A stretch of DNA of 64,000 bases, from assembly GCA_023664045.1 (NCBI GenBank), contig JAMPGH010000001.1, positions 717,693 through 781,692 of the forward strand, written 5' to 3'. A program made the position numbers and the translations under genes. Below, piece by piece: positions 18,411 to 26,686 of the stretch (its first letter is position 1; every line of letters starts with the position of its first letter). The notes below the pieces were generated by a model, which made no database searches, was not told the DNA's origin, and was given only the letters and a program-made list of their open reading frames with translations. The DNA comes from Alistipes senegalensis (GTDB lineage: Bacteria; Bacteroidota; Bacteroidia; Bacteroidales; Rikenellaceae).

Positions 18411-20411
18411 ATGAAATCGACATACAAATTCATATTGGCGGCAGCCGCTTCGCTGATGACGCTCTCGGCCTGCGACTACCTGAACGTGGCGCCGGCCAAG
18501 CAGGCGACCTTCGAGGACGCCATGAAGGACAAGGCGCACGTCGAGGGCTGGATCTACTCCTGTTACAAGACGGTCGGAACGACCGCTCCCGGCAACCGCC
18601 GCAACGAAGAGACGGCCGCCGACGAGTTCGTCGTACCCAAAGCGTGGGTGGGCAGCTATTTCGGCAACATCGCCAACGGAACCGTCAGCCCGACGACCAA
18701 CCAGCGGCAGCGCTGGCGCGAGCTCTACGGCACGATCGGCCACGTGCATCTCTTCCTGCGCGAGCTCGAACGGCAGAATCCGTCGTTCCTCACCGAGCAG
18801 GACAAGGCCCTCTACCGGGCGCACGCCGACTTCATCAAGGCGTTCAACTACTTCAAGCTGCTCTTCTGGTACGGTCCCGTGCCCATCGTCAACGAATACG
18901 TCAGCACCGATACGCCCATGTCGGCATTCCCGGGGCGTTCGCACTTCGACTACTGCGTCGACTACATCTGCGACCTGCTCGATTCGGCGGCCGAAGGGCT
19001 TCCCGAGGGCTACGAAACCAACGAGACCTACGGCCGCGCCAACAAGACGGTCTGCGCCGCACTGAAGGCCCGCGTGCTACTCTACGCCGCTTCGCCGCTC
19101 TGGAACGGCGAGTTCCCCTATCCCAACTGGAAGAACACTTCGTTCGAAACGCCGGGTTACGGGCTGGAGCTGGTGAGCCATACGTTCGATATCGAGAAGT
19201 GGAAGCGCGCCAAGAAAGCGTGCGAGGAGGCGATCGAGATCGCCGGACGCAACGGCCGCCGTCTGCTCGACATCGAGGATGCCAAGACGATGGCCAAGAA
19301 CAACCTCCTTCCCGAGGCGCAGCAGACCGGATGCTGGATTCCCGGGGTGGACGTCGAGACCGAGGAGGGTCGCGAGTTCGCCTACCGCGTGATGCTGATG
19401 CGCTATGTCAACGCATCGAACGAAACGGACGGCAATCACGAAAACATCTTCACGGCCAACGACAAGGACCTCGGAAACGACGCCCAAGCTACGCGCGAAA
19501 ATGTCATCTCGGCGCTTCCGCGACGCATCATCCAGCGCAACGGCGGCGGCTGGCAGGAAGGCTACTGCGGCGTGTGTCCTACGCTCAACGCCGTGGAGGC
19601 GTTCTACACCAAGAACGGCAAGCTGCCCAAGAACGACCCCGATTTCACGCCCGAAAGCGAGTGGCTCGCATCGGCCGGCATCTCGAAGGGCGACGAGGCG
19701 CGTCCCGAGATCATCAACCTCAACGTCGGCCGCGAACCCCGCTTCTACGCATGGATCAACTTCGACGGCTGCGACATCGGTCCGCGTCTGGTCAACGGTC
19801 AGCCGCTGCGCCTGAATCTGCGCAGCTCGGAGCTCTCGGGCTACAACACTTCGGCCGGCAACAACCTCTGCCAGACGGGCTATCTTTGCAACAAGTGGAT
19901 CGCGCCGCGCATGGAGTGGACGGGCAATTCGAACGACATCCCCAACTTCCTCTGGTCGGTGATCCGCATGGCCGAACTCTACCTGAATCTGGCGGAGTGC
20001 AGCGCCGAACTCTGCATGCACGGCGACGAGTCGGAGCTGCAGAATGCGCTGGACAACGTGAACATGATCCGCCGTCGTGCCGGCATCGCCGAGCTCTCGG
20101 CGGCCGACTGCACGGGCGAGATGAACATCCGCGAGTGGGTGCGGGCCGAGCGCCGCAACGAGCTCTTCATGGAGGGACACCGTTTCTACGACCTGCGCCG
20201 CTGGGTGGTCGCCGGCAAATATCTGGCGTCCGGCGTCCGCGAAGGTCTCGATTCGTTCGTCGGCAAGATCATGAATCCCTCGATCGAGGAGTTCAACCGC
20301 CGGGTCAAGGTCGACGGCGACTACACGTGGGAAAACCGCCTCTATCTGCTGCCCGTCGACGGCGACGACATCTACAAGAACTCGCAGATGGTGCAGGCTC
20401 CCGGATACTAA
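18411..20411 (+). CDS. susD: SusD/RagB glycan-binding lipoprotein
   Basis: Lipobox LSAC; YGPVPIV, ALKARVLLYAASP, IRMAELYLNLAE, ERRNELFMEGHRFYDLRRW, Q.PGY; alternative start at 18399. Confidence 0.96.
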   Translation: MKSTYKFILAAAASLMTLSACDYLNVAPAKQATFEDAMKDKAHVEGWIYSCYKTVGTTAPGNRRNEETAADEFVVPKAWVGSYFGNIANGTVSPTTNQRQRWRELYGTIGHVHLFLRELERQNPSFLTEQDKALYRAHADFIKAFNYFKLLFWYGPVPIVNEYVSTDTPMSAFPGRSHFDYCVDYICDLLDSAAEGLPEGYETNETYGRANKTVCAALKARVLLYAASPLWNGEFPYPNWKNTSFETPGYGLELVSHTFDIEKWKRAKKACEEAIEIAGRNGRRLLDIEDAKTMAKNNLLPEAQQTGCWIPGVDVETEEGREFAYRVMLMRYVNASNETDGNHENIFTANDKDLGNDAQATRENVISALPRRIIQRNGGGWQEGYCGVCPTLNAVEAFYTKNGKLPKNDPDFTPESEWLASAGISKGDEARPEIINLNVGREPRFYAWINFDGCDIGPRLVNGQPLRLNLRSSELSGYNTSAGNNLCQTGYLCNKWIAPRMEWTGNSNDIPNFLWSVIRMAELYLNLAECSAELCMHGDESELQNALDNVNMIRRRAGIAELSAADCTGEMNIREWVRAERRNELFMEGHRFYDLRRWVVAGKYLASGVREGLDSFVGKIMNPSIEEFNRRVKVDGDYTWENRLYLLPVDGDDIYKNSQMVQAPGY

Positions 20412-20433
20412 TCTTTCAAACGACACAACCGAT

Positions 20434-22515
20434 ATGAAATATACGATCAAGATAGGATTATGCGCCGCGGTATTCGCGCTGGCGGGTGCGGCGTGCGACG
20501 ATTCGGAATACGACCTCCAGACGCTGGTGCCCGATCGCTATCACTCCGTGGTCAACGTGCAGGACGACACGAACGGGCAGATGCGGATCTACGATACGGG
20601 ACTGGATCAGGTCCGGGAATTTACGGTATTGCGCGGCGGCAGCGACCCCTCGAAACGGATCGATGCGCGGGCCGTGCCGATGACCGAGGAGGAGCTGGCT
20701 TCGTACGGCGCCGACTACGTGCTGCTGCCGGCCGACTGCTATGCGCTCGACGGCGGTATCGAAATGCCGGCAGGCAAGGATTCGCAGACGATCCGCGTCT
20801 CGTTCGCCGCCGCCCAGATCACGAAAATCCGCGAGATGAATGCGGCGCTCGAAGCCCCCAAGAGTTATTGTCTGGCGCTGGAACTCGAATCCGACAACGC
20901 GCTGGTGTTCGACGGCAAGAGCGTCATCGTGCGGCGCCTCGACGTCATGTTGCCGCAGATCGGCTTCGCCGAGGCAGGCGAGCAGCAGAAGAAACTCTAC
21001 GACGCCAAACAGGATGTGAACTTCGATTTCGCGGTCGTGCGCGGCGAGAGCGACTTGGAGCAGCCGATCGCCTCGCGGCTCGTGCCGATGACCGAGGAGG
21101 AACTTGCGGCGGTGAATCCCGACTACATGGTCATTCCGGCAGCACACTACACGCTCTCGGCGAGCGATATCCTGATCCCCGCCGGCGAGACGGAGCTGCC
21201 GCTCAGCGTCGGCTTCTCGGGCGAGCAGATCTCTGCGATCCGTACGTTGGCCGAGGCGCAGCGGAAGCAGGCCTGTCTGGCGCTGCGGATCGCTTCGGAC
21301 AACGTCGCGACGTCCGAGGCGAAGGGCGAATTGCTCTATGTGATGGACGTTACGCAGCCCGTGCTCCGGTTCGAACTCGTCTCCGGCGCGGAGCCGCATC
21401 CCTTCAGACCGTGGTGGTGGGACAACCGGCACGACGACGGCTCGTGGAACCTGACCTATCCCGACTACATGACGCCCTGCACCGATTGCTGGGGCGGAGG
21501 CGTAACGTTCCGTCTGAAGATGCCCGAGGGCATTCGGAATACGTGGACGATCAAGTGCAAGTTTGCGAACGACCCCTCGCTCGTCGAGGCCTACAACGCG
21601 ATCGAGGAGGTCATGGGCCCGGATACGTACGGCGGCATCCAGAACTGGCGGAAGCGTGCGACCGACTATGCGGCGCTGCCTGCCGCCGCCGATCTGGCGT
21701 TCTTCGACGCCGACGGCAATCCGGCGGCCGAAATCACGATGGAGCCGGGAACCGACGAAGTGCTCGTTACCTACAAACGCAATACGAGCAGTTTCGACGG
21801 CGCGGGTCTCTATCTTTGCCCCATCGTCGCCACGACCGACCTTTTCCCCGTCGACGGGGAGCAATACGTGCTCTTTCAGGATGAAATCGGCTTGTCCGAC
21901 AAGACCTTGTGGGAGCCTTGCGAAGCGGGCGAGGGTACGCTCTCCGTGCTCTACGACGGCAACCGCTGGGGCGGCGCCTGGCAGACCAAGTGGAATCCCG
22001 GATATTGCGACAAGACCTACGGTCAGTACTTCCAGATCAATATCGCTTCCTACCAGCCTTCGCATGCGATTCGCTTCGCCCTGTGGGCCAACGGCGACAA
22101 CGAATGGCATTGGAACGAGGCGACGGCGCCCCGCGAGATGAAGGTCTTCATCACCTCCGACGCCGTGCCGGCTCCCACGGGCGATCTGACGGCCGACCGG
22201 GCCGTGTACGATGCGCTGACGTGGGAGGAAGCGGCCCATGTGTGGTGTCAGGCCTACAGCGGGCAGGGCTGGTTCTCGCCGGCCATCGAGCTGAACGGCC
22301 GAAAGGCGAACGCTATCCGCATCTGCGCCTACTCCAAAGCGGGCGACAGCGCCAACTACAAGACCAACTCCGGTCCTTTCGAGGGCGACTTCAACCGGGA
22401 GCCGTGGAACGATCGGGTGCAGACGGTGTGCAACGACCGGACTTGGTGGAACGGCTGGGAGGACACCTACGGCAACAACATCACCATCACCGAGTTCAGA
22501 ATGTGGGGCAACTGA
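20434..22515 (+). CDS. Surface glycan-binding lipoprotein candidate (tandem DUF1735/BT_3987-like domains plus Trp-rich C-terminal beta-sandwich)
   Basis: Lipobox GAAC; two copies of F.V.RG.SD...VPMTEEELA...DY...PA..Y.L; a third degenerate copy (LVEAYN...DYAALP); lies directly after susD. Confidence 0.7.
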   Translation: MKYTIKIGLCAAVFALAGAACDDSEYDLQTLVPDRYHSVVNVQDDTNGQMRIYDTGLDQVREFTVLRGGSDPSKRIDARAVPMTEEELASYGADYVLLPADCYALDGGIEMPAGKDSQTIRVSFAAAQITKIREMNAALEAPKSYCLALELESDNALVFDGKSVIVRRLDVMLPQIGFAEAGEQQKKLYDAKQDVNFDFAVVRGESDLEQPIASRLVPMTEEELAAVNPDYMVIPAAHYTLSASDILIPAGETELPLSVGFSGEQISAIRTLAEAQRKQACLALRIASDNVATSEAKGELLYVMDVTQPVLRFELVSGAEPHPFRPWWWDNRHDDGSWNLTYPDYMTPCTDCWGGGVTFRLKMPEGIRNTWTIKCKFANDPSLVEAYNAIEEVMGPDTYGGIQNWRKRATDYAALPAAADLAFFDADGNPAAEITMEPGTDEVLVTYKRNTSSFDGAGLYLCPIVATTDLFPVDGEQYVLFQDEIGLSDKTLWEPCEAGEGTLSVLYDGNRWGGAWQTKWNPGYCDKTYGQYFQINIASYQPSHAIRFALWANGDNEWHWNEATAPREMKVFITSDAVPAPTGDLTADRAVYDALTWEEAAHVWCQAYSGQGWFSPAIELNGRKANAIRICAYSKAGDSANYKTNSGPFEGDFNREPWNDRVQTVCNDRTWWNGWEDTYGNNITITEFRMWGN

Positions 22516-22594
22516 TCCCGAAATCCGGTTTCCGAGCGGCGGAGCCGGCCTCGGGCCGGCCGCGCCTGCGGCGAACCGAAAAACGCATACAGAT

Positions 22595-23932
22595 ATGATA
22601 CGAAAAATAGTTTATACGCTCTCCTTGTGCGGCTTCGTGCTGTCGGGAGCCTGCTCGGACGGCAACGACGCCTACGTCGCACCGCTGCCCAATCCCTATA
22701 CTGCTCTGGCGGCCGATGCGGTGGGATATCCCGCCTGCGTCGCCGTGAGCTACCGCATCGCCGCCGATGTCGTCGACAAGGGCTATCGCTACGGCGTCTG
22801 CTGGAATACGCAGGGAGAGCCGACCATCGAAGACGATTTCCAGTACGGACCGCAGAAACCCGAAGGCGGCGCGGCCCTTACGCAGGTGATCCCCAACTCC
22901 CGGCTGGAGTACGGCAAAACCTACCGTTTCCGTTCGTTCGTGGTGGCCGACTCGAAGGTCTACTACGGTGAGGAGACTTCGGCGGCCCTCGACGGCGAGC
23001 CGCTCGCACCGCTCGCTCTGGAGTGGGAGCGCCAGCAGATCGCCGGACTGCCCGACGGAATCGAGATTTACAAAACCCTCTCCGATCTCAACGGACGCAA
23101 GTTTCAGGCTTGGTACGCCATCGCCGACTGCTCGGGCGAGGAGATCGAGCTGCGCGTGCAGATTCCCGAGTCGGGCTACGGCACCGTCGATGCGCAGGCC
23201 GGCGAAGATTGCTACGTGCTGGTCAACGGCGGTTACTTCGACATGACGACGGCCAATTACGGCACGATCGACGGCATCGCCGTCATCGACGAACTGCTGC
23301 AGGGCCGCATCGACGACCAGCGGGGTTCGTGGAATCCCGAGGATGCCGCCTACGACTGGTGGTACCATGTAACGCGCGGCACGTTCGGCGTGGATGCTTC
23401 GGGACACCCGGCGATCCGCTGGGCCGGCACCTCCGGCGACCGTACTTATTATTACGACCAGCCGCTTCCTGCGGTTTGCGGCGAGGCTCCCTACGATGCG
23501 GTCGACGAGGATCTTCCGGTTCCGATGTCGGAGTGGTCGCCGCGCTATGCCGTCAGTGCGGGCCCCGTGCTGCTGAAGAACGGCGAGTGCATGATCGACG
23601 CTGCGACGACGGAGAAAGGCTACCAGCTGACCAACTACGAGATGTGGGGCGACGGACTGGCCTCGGCCTCCTATCTGGCCGACCAGACCGTCGTGGGCCA
23701 TACGGCCGACGGCAAGGTCGTGCTGTTCGTCTGCGACGGCCGTGTCGAGGGGCTCAGCCTGGGCGCCACGCATCGCGAGGTTTCGGCGATCCTCAAGTCC
23801 CTCGGCTGCGTCGATGCGCTCAAACTCGACGGCGGCGGCTCTACCGCGATGGTCGTTTGCGGCGCACACCTCAACGATCTTAGCGGCGGCAACCGTCCGG
23901 TGGCTACGACTCTGGGATTCTTCCGCAAGTGA
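22595..23932 (+). CDS. Phosphodiester glycosidase (NAGPA/DUF2233) family lipoprotein with N-terminal Fn3-like domain
   Basis: Lipobox LSGAC; VNGGYF, SAGPVLLKNG, LFVCDGR, LDGGGST, RPV motifs. Confidence 0.85.
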   Translation: MIRKIVYTLSLCGFVLSGACSDGNDAYVAPLPNPYTALAADAVGYPACVAVSYRIAADVVDKGYRYGVCWNTQGEPTIEDDFQYGPQKPEGGAALTQVIPNSRLEYGKTYRFRSFVVADSKVYYGEETSAALDGEPLAPLALEWERQQIAGLPDGIEIYKTLSDLNGRKFQAWYAIADCSGEEIELRVQIPESGYGTVDAQAGEDCYVLVNGGYFDMTTANYGTIDGIAVIDELLQGRIDDQRGSWNPEDAAYDWWYHVTRGTFGVDASGHPAIRWAGTSGDRTYYYDQPLPAVCGEAPYDAVDEDLPVPMSEWSPRYAVSAGPVLLKNGECMIDAATTEKGYQLTNYEMWGDGLASASYLADQTVVGHTADGKVVLFVCDGRVEGLSLGATHREVSAILKSLGCVDALKLDGGGSTAMVVCGAHLNDLSGGNRPVATTLGFFRK

Positions 23933-24005
23933 TCCGATGCCGCTCCGGGGGATCCCCGGGGCGGCTCGTTTCCCCGATTACGAACTCTCAATCCGACGAA
24001 CAAAA

Positions 24006-25073
24006 ATGAAAAAATGCGCTCTTGCGGCCTCGCTGCTTCTGGCCGGCCTGCTGATTTGCTGCGGCACCTCGAACCGAAAAACCGGAAAGGGATCGGACGA
24101 TCTTTTCCGGAATCCCGTTATCGGGCAGGACGGACCCGACCCGACCGTGCTGCGCGACAAGGACGGGACGTTCTGGCTCTACGACACGGCCGATCTGATC
24201 GCCGTCTGGCACTCCGACGATCTGATCTCGTGGCAGCGCGTCGGCTCGGTCTTCACCGAGGAGACGCGGCCCGCCGAGTTGCGTTACGACTACGGCAAGG
24301 CGGCACTGTGGGCGCCGGAAATCCGCATCATCCGGGGGAAGTACGTGCTCTTCTTTTCGATGTGGTGGGGCGATGTGGGTACCTACGACGGCCATGCCGT
24401 GGCCTATGCCGTCGCCGATTCGCCGGCCGGGCCTTTCGCATTCCGCGGACAGATCCTCACCAGCGATCCCGACTATCCGCCCTATTACGGCACGGCGCAC
24501 TCCATCGACCAGTTTTACGTCGAGGACGACGGCAAGCCCTACCTCTTCTGGGGCAGCTTCCGCGGCATCTACGCTGCCGAACTCGACATCGACGACGAGC
24601 TGAACATCGCCGTGAAACCTTCGACGCTCGTGCAGGTCGCGGGCGACGCCTACGAAGGTTCGTGCATCTGCAAACGCGGCGACTACTACTACCTCTTCGC
24701 CTCGGTGGGCGACTGGACCGGCGGCATGTCGAGCACCTACCGCACCGTCGTGGGACGCTCCGAGAATCTTTTCGGTCCCTATGTCGACAAGCGGGGAGGC
24801 CGCATGCTCGACAACCGCTACGAGGTGCTCATCGCAGGCGACGACCGCTTCGCCGGCACGGGCCACAACTCCAACATCATCGAGGACGACGGAGGCGGGA
24901 CGTGGATGTTCTATCACGCTTACGACTCGCACGATCCGGACAAAGGGCGTCAGACGATGCTCGACCGCGTGGAGTGGGACGACGAGGGCTGGCCCCGCGT
25001 CGGTACGGGACATCCCTCGCGCGAGTCCGAATCTCCGGTTGTCGAAAAACGCTCCGATATTCGAAAAAAATGA
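24006..25073 (+). CDS. GH43 hydrolase, probably exported or lipid-anchored (resembles subfamily GH43_31)
   Basis: NPVI..DGPDPTV, LWAPE, SIDQF, YLFWGSFRGIY, AYEG, GTGHNS, MLDRVEW. Confidence 0.88.
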   Translation: MKKCALAASLLLAGLLICCGTSNRKTGKGSDDLFRNPVIGQDGPDPTVLRDKDGTFWLYDTADLIAVWHSDDLISWQRVGSVFTEETRPAELRYDYGKAALWAPEIRIIRGKYVLFFSMWWGDVGTYDGHAVAYAVADSPAGPFAFRGQILTSDPDYPPYYGTAHSIDQFYVEDDGKPYLFWGSFRGIYAAELDIDDELNIAVKPSTLVQVAGDAYEGSCICKRGDYYYLFASVGDWTGGMSSTYRTVVGRSENLFGPYVDKRGGRMLDNRYEVLIAGDDRFAGTGHNSNIIEDDGGGTWMFYHAYDSHDPDKGRQTMLDRVEWDDEGWPRVGTGHPSRESESPVVEKRSDIRKK

Positions 25074-26659
25074 AAAATCCGTTTCTGTATCTCGGTTCGG
25101 CAGCCCTGATGCTGCTTGCGGCCTGCTCGGAAGGTATCTCCGATCCGCCTCCGACCGTTCCTGCGGAGCCGGAGTGCCCGGTCGCTCCCGAACGCATCGC
25201 CTTCGCTGAGGCAGAAACCCGGCTTTCGGAGGAGGGCACGGCCGTCGTAACTCTCCGGGTCGAGCCTGCCGAAGCGACCGTCGCTGCGACTGCATTCCGG
25301 CTGATCGATGTCGAAACCGGCGCTGCGGCGGACGATTTCACCTTTTATCCCACGGGCGAAAGCGATCCTGCGGCCGGAACCTACGGCATGCGCATTACCT
25401 ACAAGGGTTCGGAGCGGAAATTCCGGCGCTGTCTGCAGGCCCACTACGGGGAGGGCACGTTGCGGAGCGGGGAGCTGACCGTCGCGGCCGCGGCCTATAC
25501 GCCGGTGGTATCTATCGTCTCCGAGGCTCCCGTGGTCGACAAAGAGAACTGGATCGCCGCTACGATCCGCATCGACGGCGGCAACCGCTTCGAGGATCTG
25601 GCCGAAATGGCGCTCTCGATCCGCGGCCGCGGCAACTCCACGTGGGGATGGGAGAAGAAACCCTATGCGCTGAAGTTCGCCAAGAAACAGGAGGTGCTGG
25701 GCATGCCCAAGCACAAACGCTGGTGCCTGATCGCCGACTACATGGACCGCACGCACCTGCGCAATCGCATCGCCTATCATCTGGGGCAGCATTCCCGGCT
25801 GGACTATACCGTACGCAACGAGTTCGCCGAACTCTACCTCAACGGCGAATATCAGGGATGCTATCTGCTGACCGAGCAGATCAAGGTCGACGCCGAGCGC
25901 GTGAACGTGAGCGAGACCGACGGTTTTCTGCTTGAGTTCGACACCTATTTCGACGAGGAGGTCCGCTTCCGGACTTCGGCGTCGGACATCCCCGTCAACG
26001 TCAAGTCGCCCGATCCGGAGGATCTTTCCGAAGCGCGCCTCGCCGCCCTGAAAGACTATCTCGACCGGGCCGACGAAGCCGTGCAGGCCCTGCACACCGG
26101 TGTGCAGGGCGAGGATCCGTTCGATTATCTGGACCGGACGTCGATGATCGACTTCTGGATCATCTTCGAGCTGATGGCCAACCATGAGATGCTGCATCCC
26201 AAAAGCGTCTACTTCCACAAGGACGGCGCCGGAAAACTCGTCGCCGGGCCGATCTGGGACTTCGATTTCGAAACGCTCGCCGACCATCGCCGCACGGGGT
26301 GGATCAACTTCGGGGTCGAAAGCTCGTCGCTGAGCTGGATGCCGTGGGCCGAGAGAAACTGGTGGAATGTGCTGCTGACCTGCGACGCCACGTTCCGTGC
26401 CGATGTCGTGGAGCGCTGGGCGGAGTGGTATCCCTTCCTGCAGAGCGTTCCGGAGTTCATCGACCGGGAGCGGCGGTCGATCGCCGCCGCCGTCGCGCGC
26501 GACAACCGGCGCTGGCCCGAGATCCATGCCGGCAATGAAAACGGCGATCTCCGACTTTCGTTCGACGAGGCCGTCGACCGGCTCGAATCGGTTTACCGGC
26601 AGCGTGCGGCGTGGCTGGATCGCGAAATTTCGCAGTGGGGGACGCCGGGGTTGCGATAA
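25070..26659 (+). CDS. cotH: CotH-family atypical kinase lipoprotein
   Basis: Lipobox LLAAC; IRGRGNSTW, KKPYALK, WCLIADYMD..LRN, LNGEYQG.YLLTEQIK, AGPIWDFD; ATGA overlap with GH43. Confidence 0.88.
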   Translation: MKNPFLYLGSAALMLLAACSEGISDPPPTVPAEPECPVAPERIAFAEAETRLSEEGTAVVTLRVEPAEATVAATAFRLIDVETGAAADDFTFYPTGESDPAAGTYGMRITYKGSERKFRRCLQAHYGEGTLRSGELTVAAAAYTPVVSIVSEAPVVDKENWIAATIRIDGGNRFEDLAEMALSIRGRGNSTWGWEKKPYALKFAKKQEVLGMPKHKRWCLIADYMDRTHLRNRIAYHLGQHSRLDYTVRNEFAELYLNGEYQGCYLLTEQIKVDAERVNVSETDGFLLEFDTYFDEEVRFRTSASDIPVNVKSPDPEDLSEARLAALKDYLDRADEAVQALHTGVQGEDPFDYLDRTSMIDFWIIFELMANHEMLHPKSVYFHKDGAGKLVAGPIWDFDFETLADHRRTGWINFGVESSSLSWMPWAERNWWNVLLTCDATFRADVVERWAEWYPFLQSVPEFIDRERRSIAAAVARDNRRWPEIHAGNENGDLRLSFDEAVDRLESVYRQRAAWLDREISQWGTPGLR

Positions 26660-26686
26660 AAAGCCGTATCTTAGCAAAAAAAGTCC

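Noticed and set aside
22538-22566. GC-rich hairpins inside the PUL (here and near 23942-23962) as terminators
   Set aside because: No U tracts; more likely mRNA-stabilising or processing stems, so not called terminators
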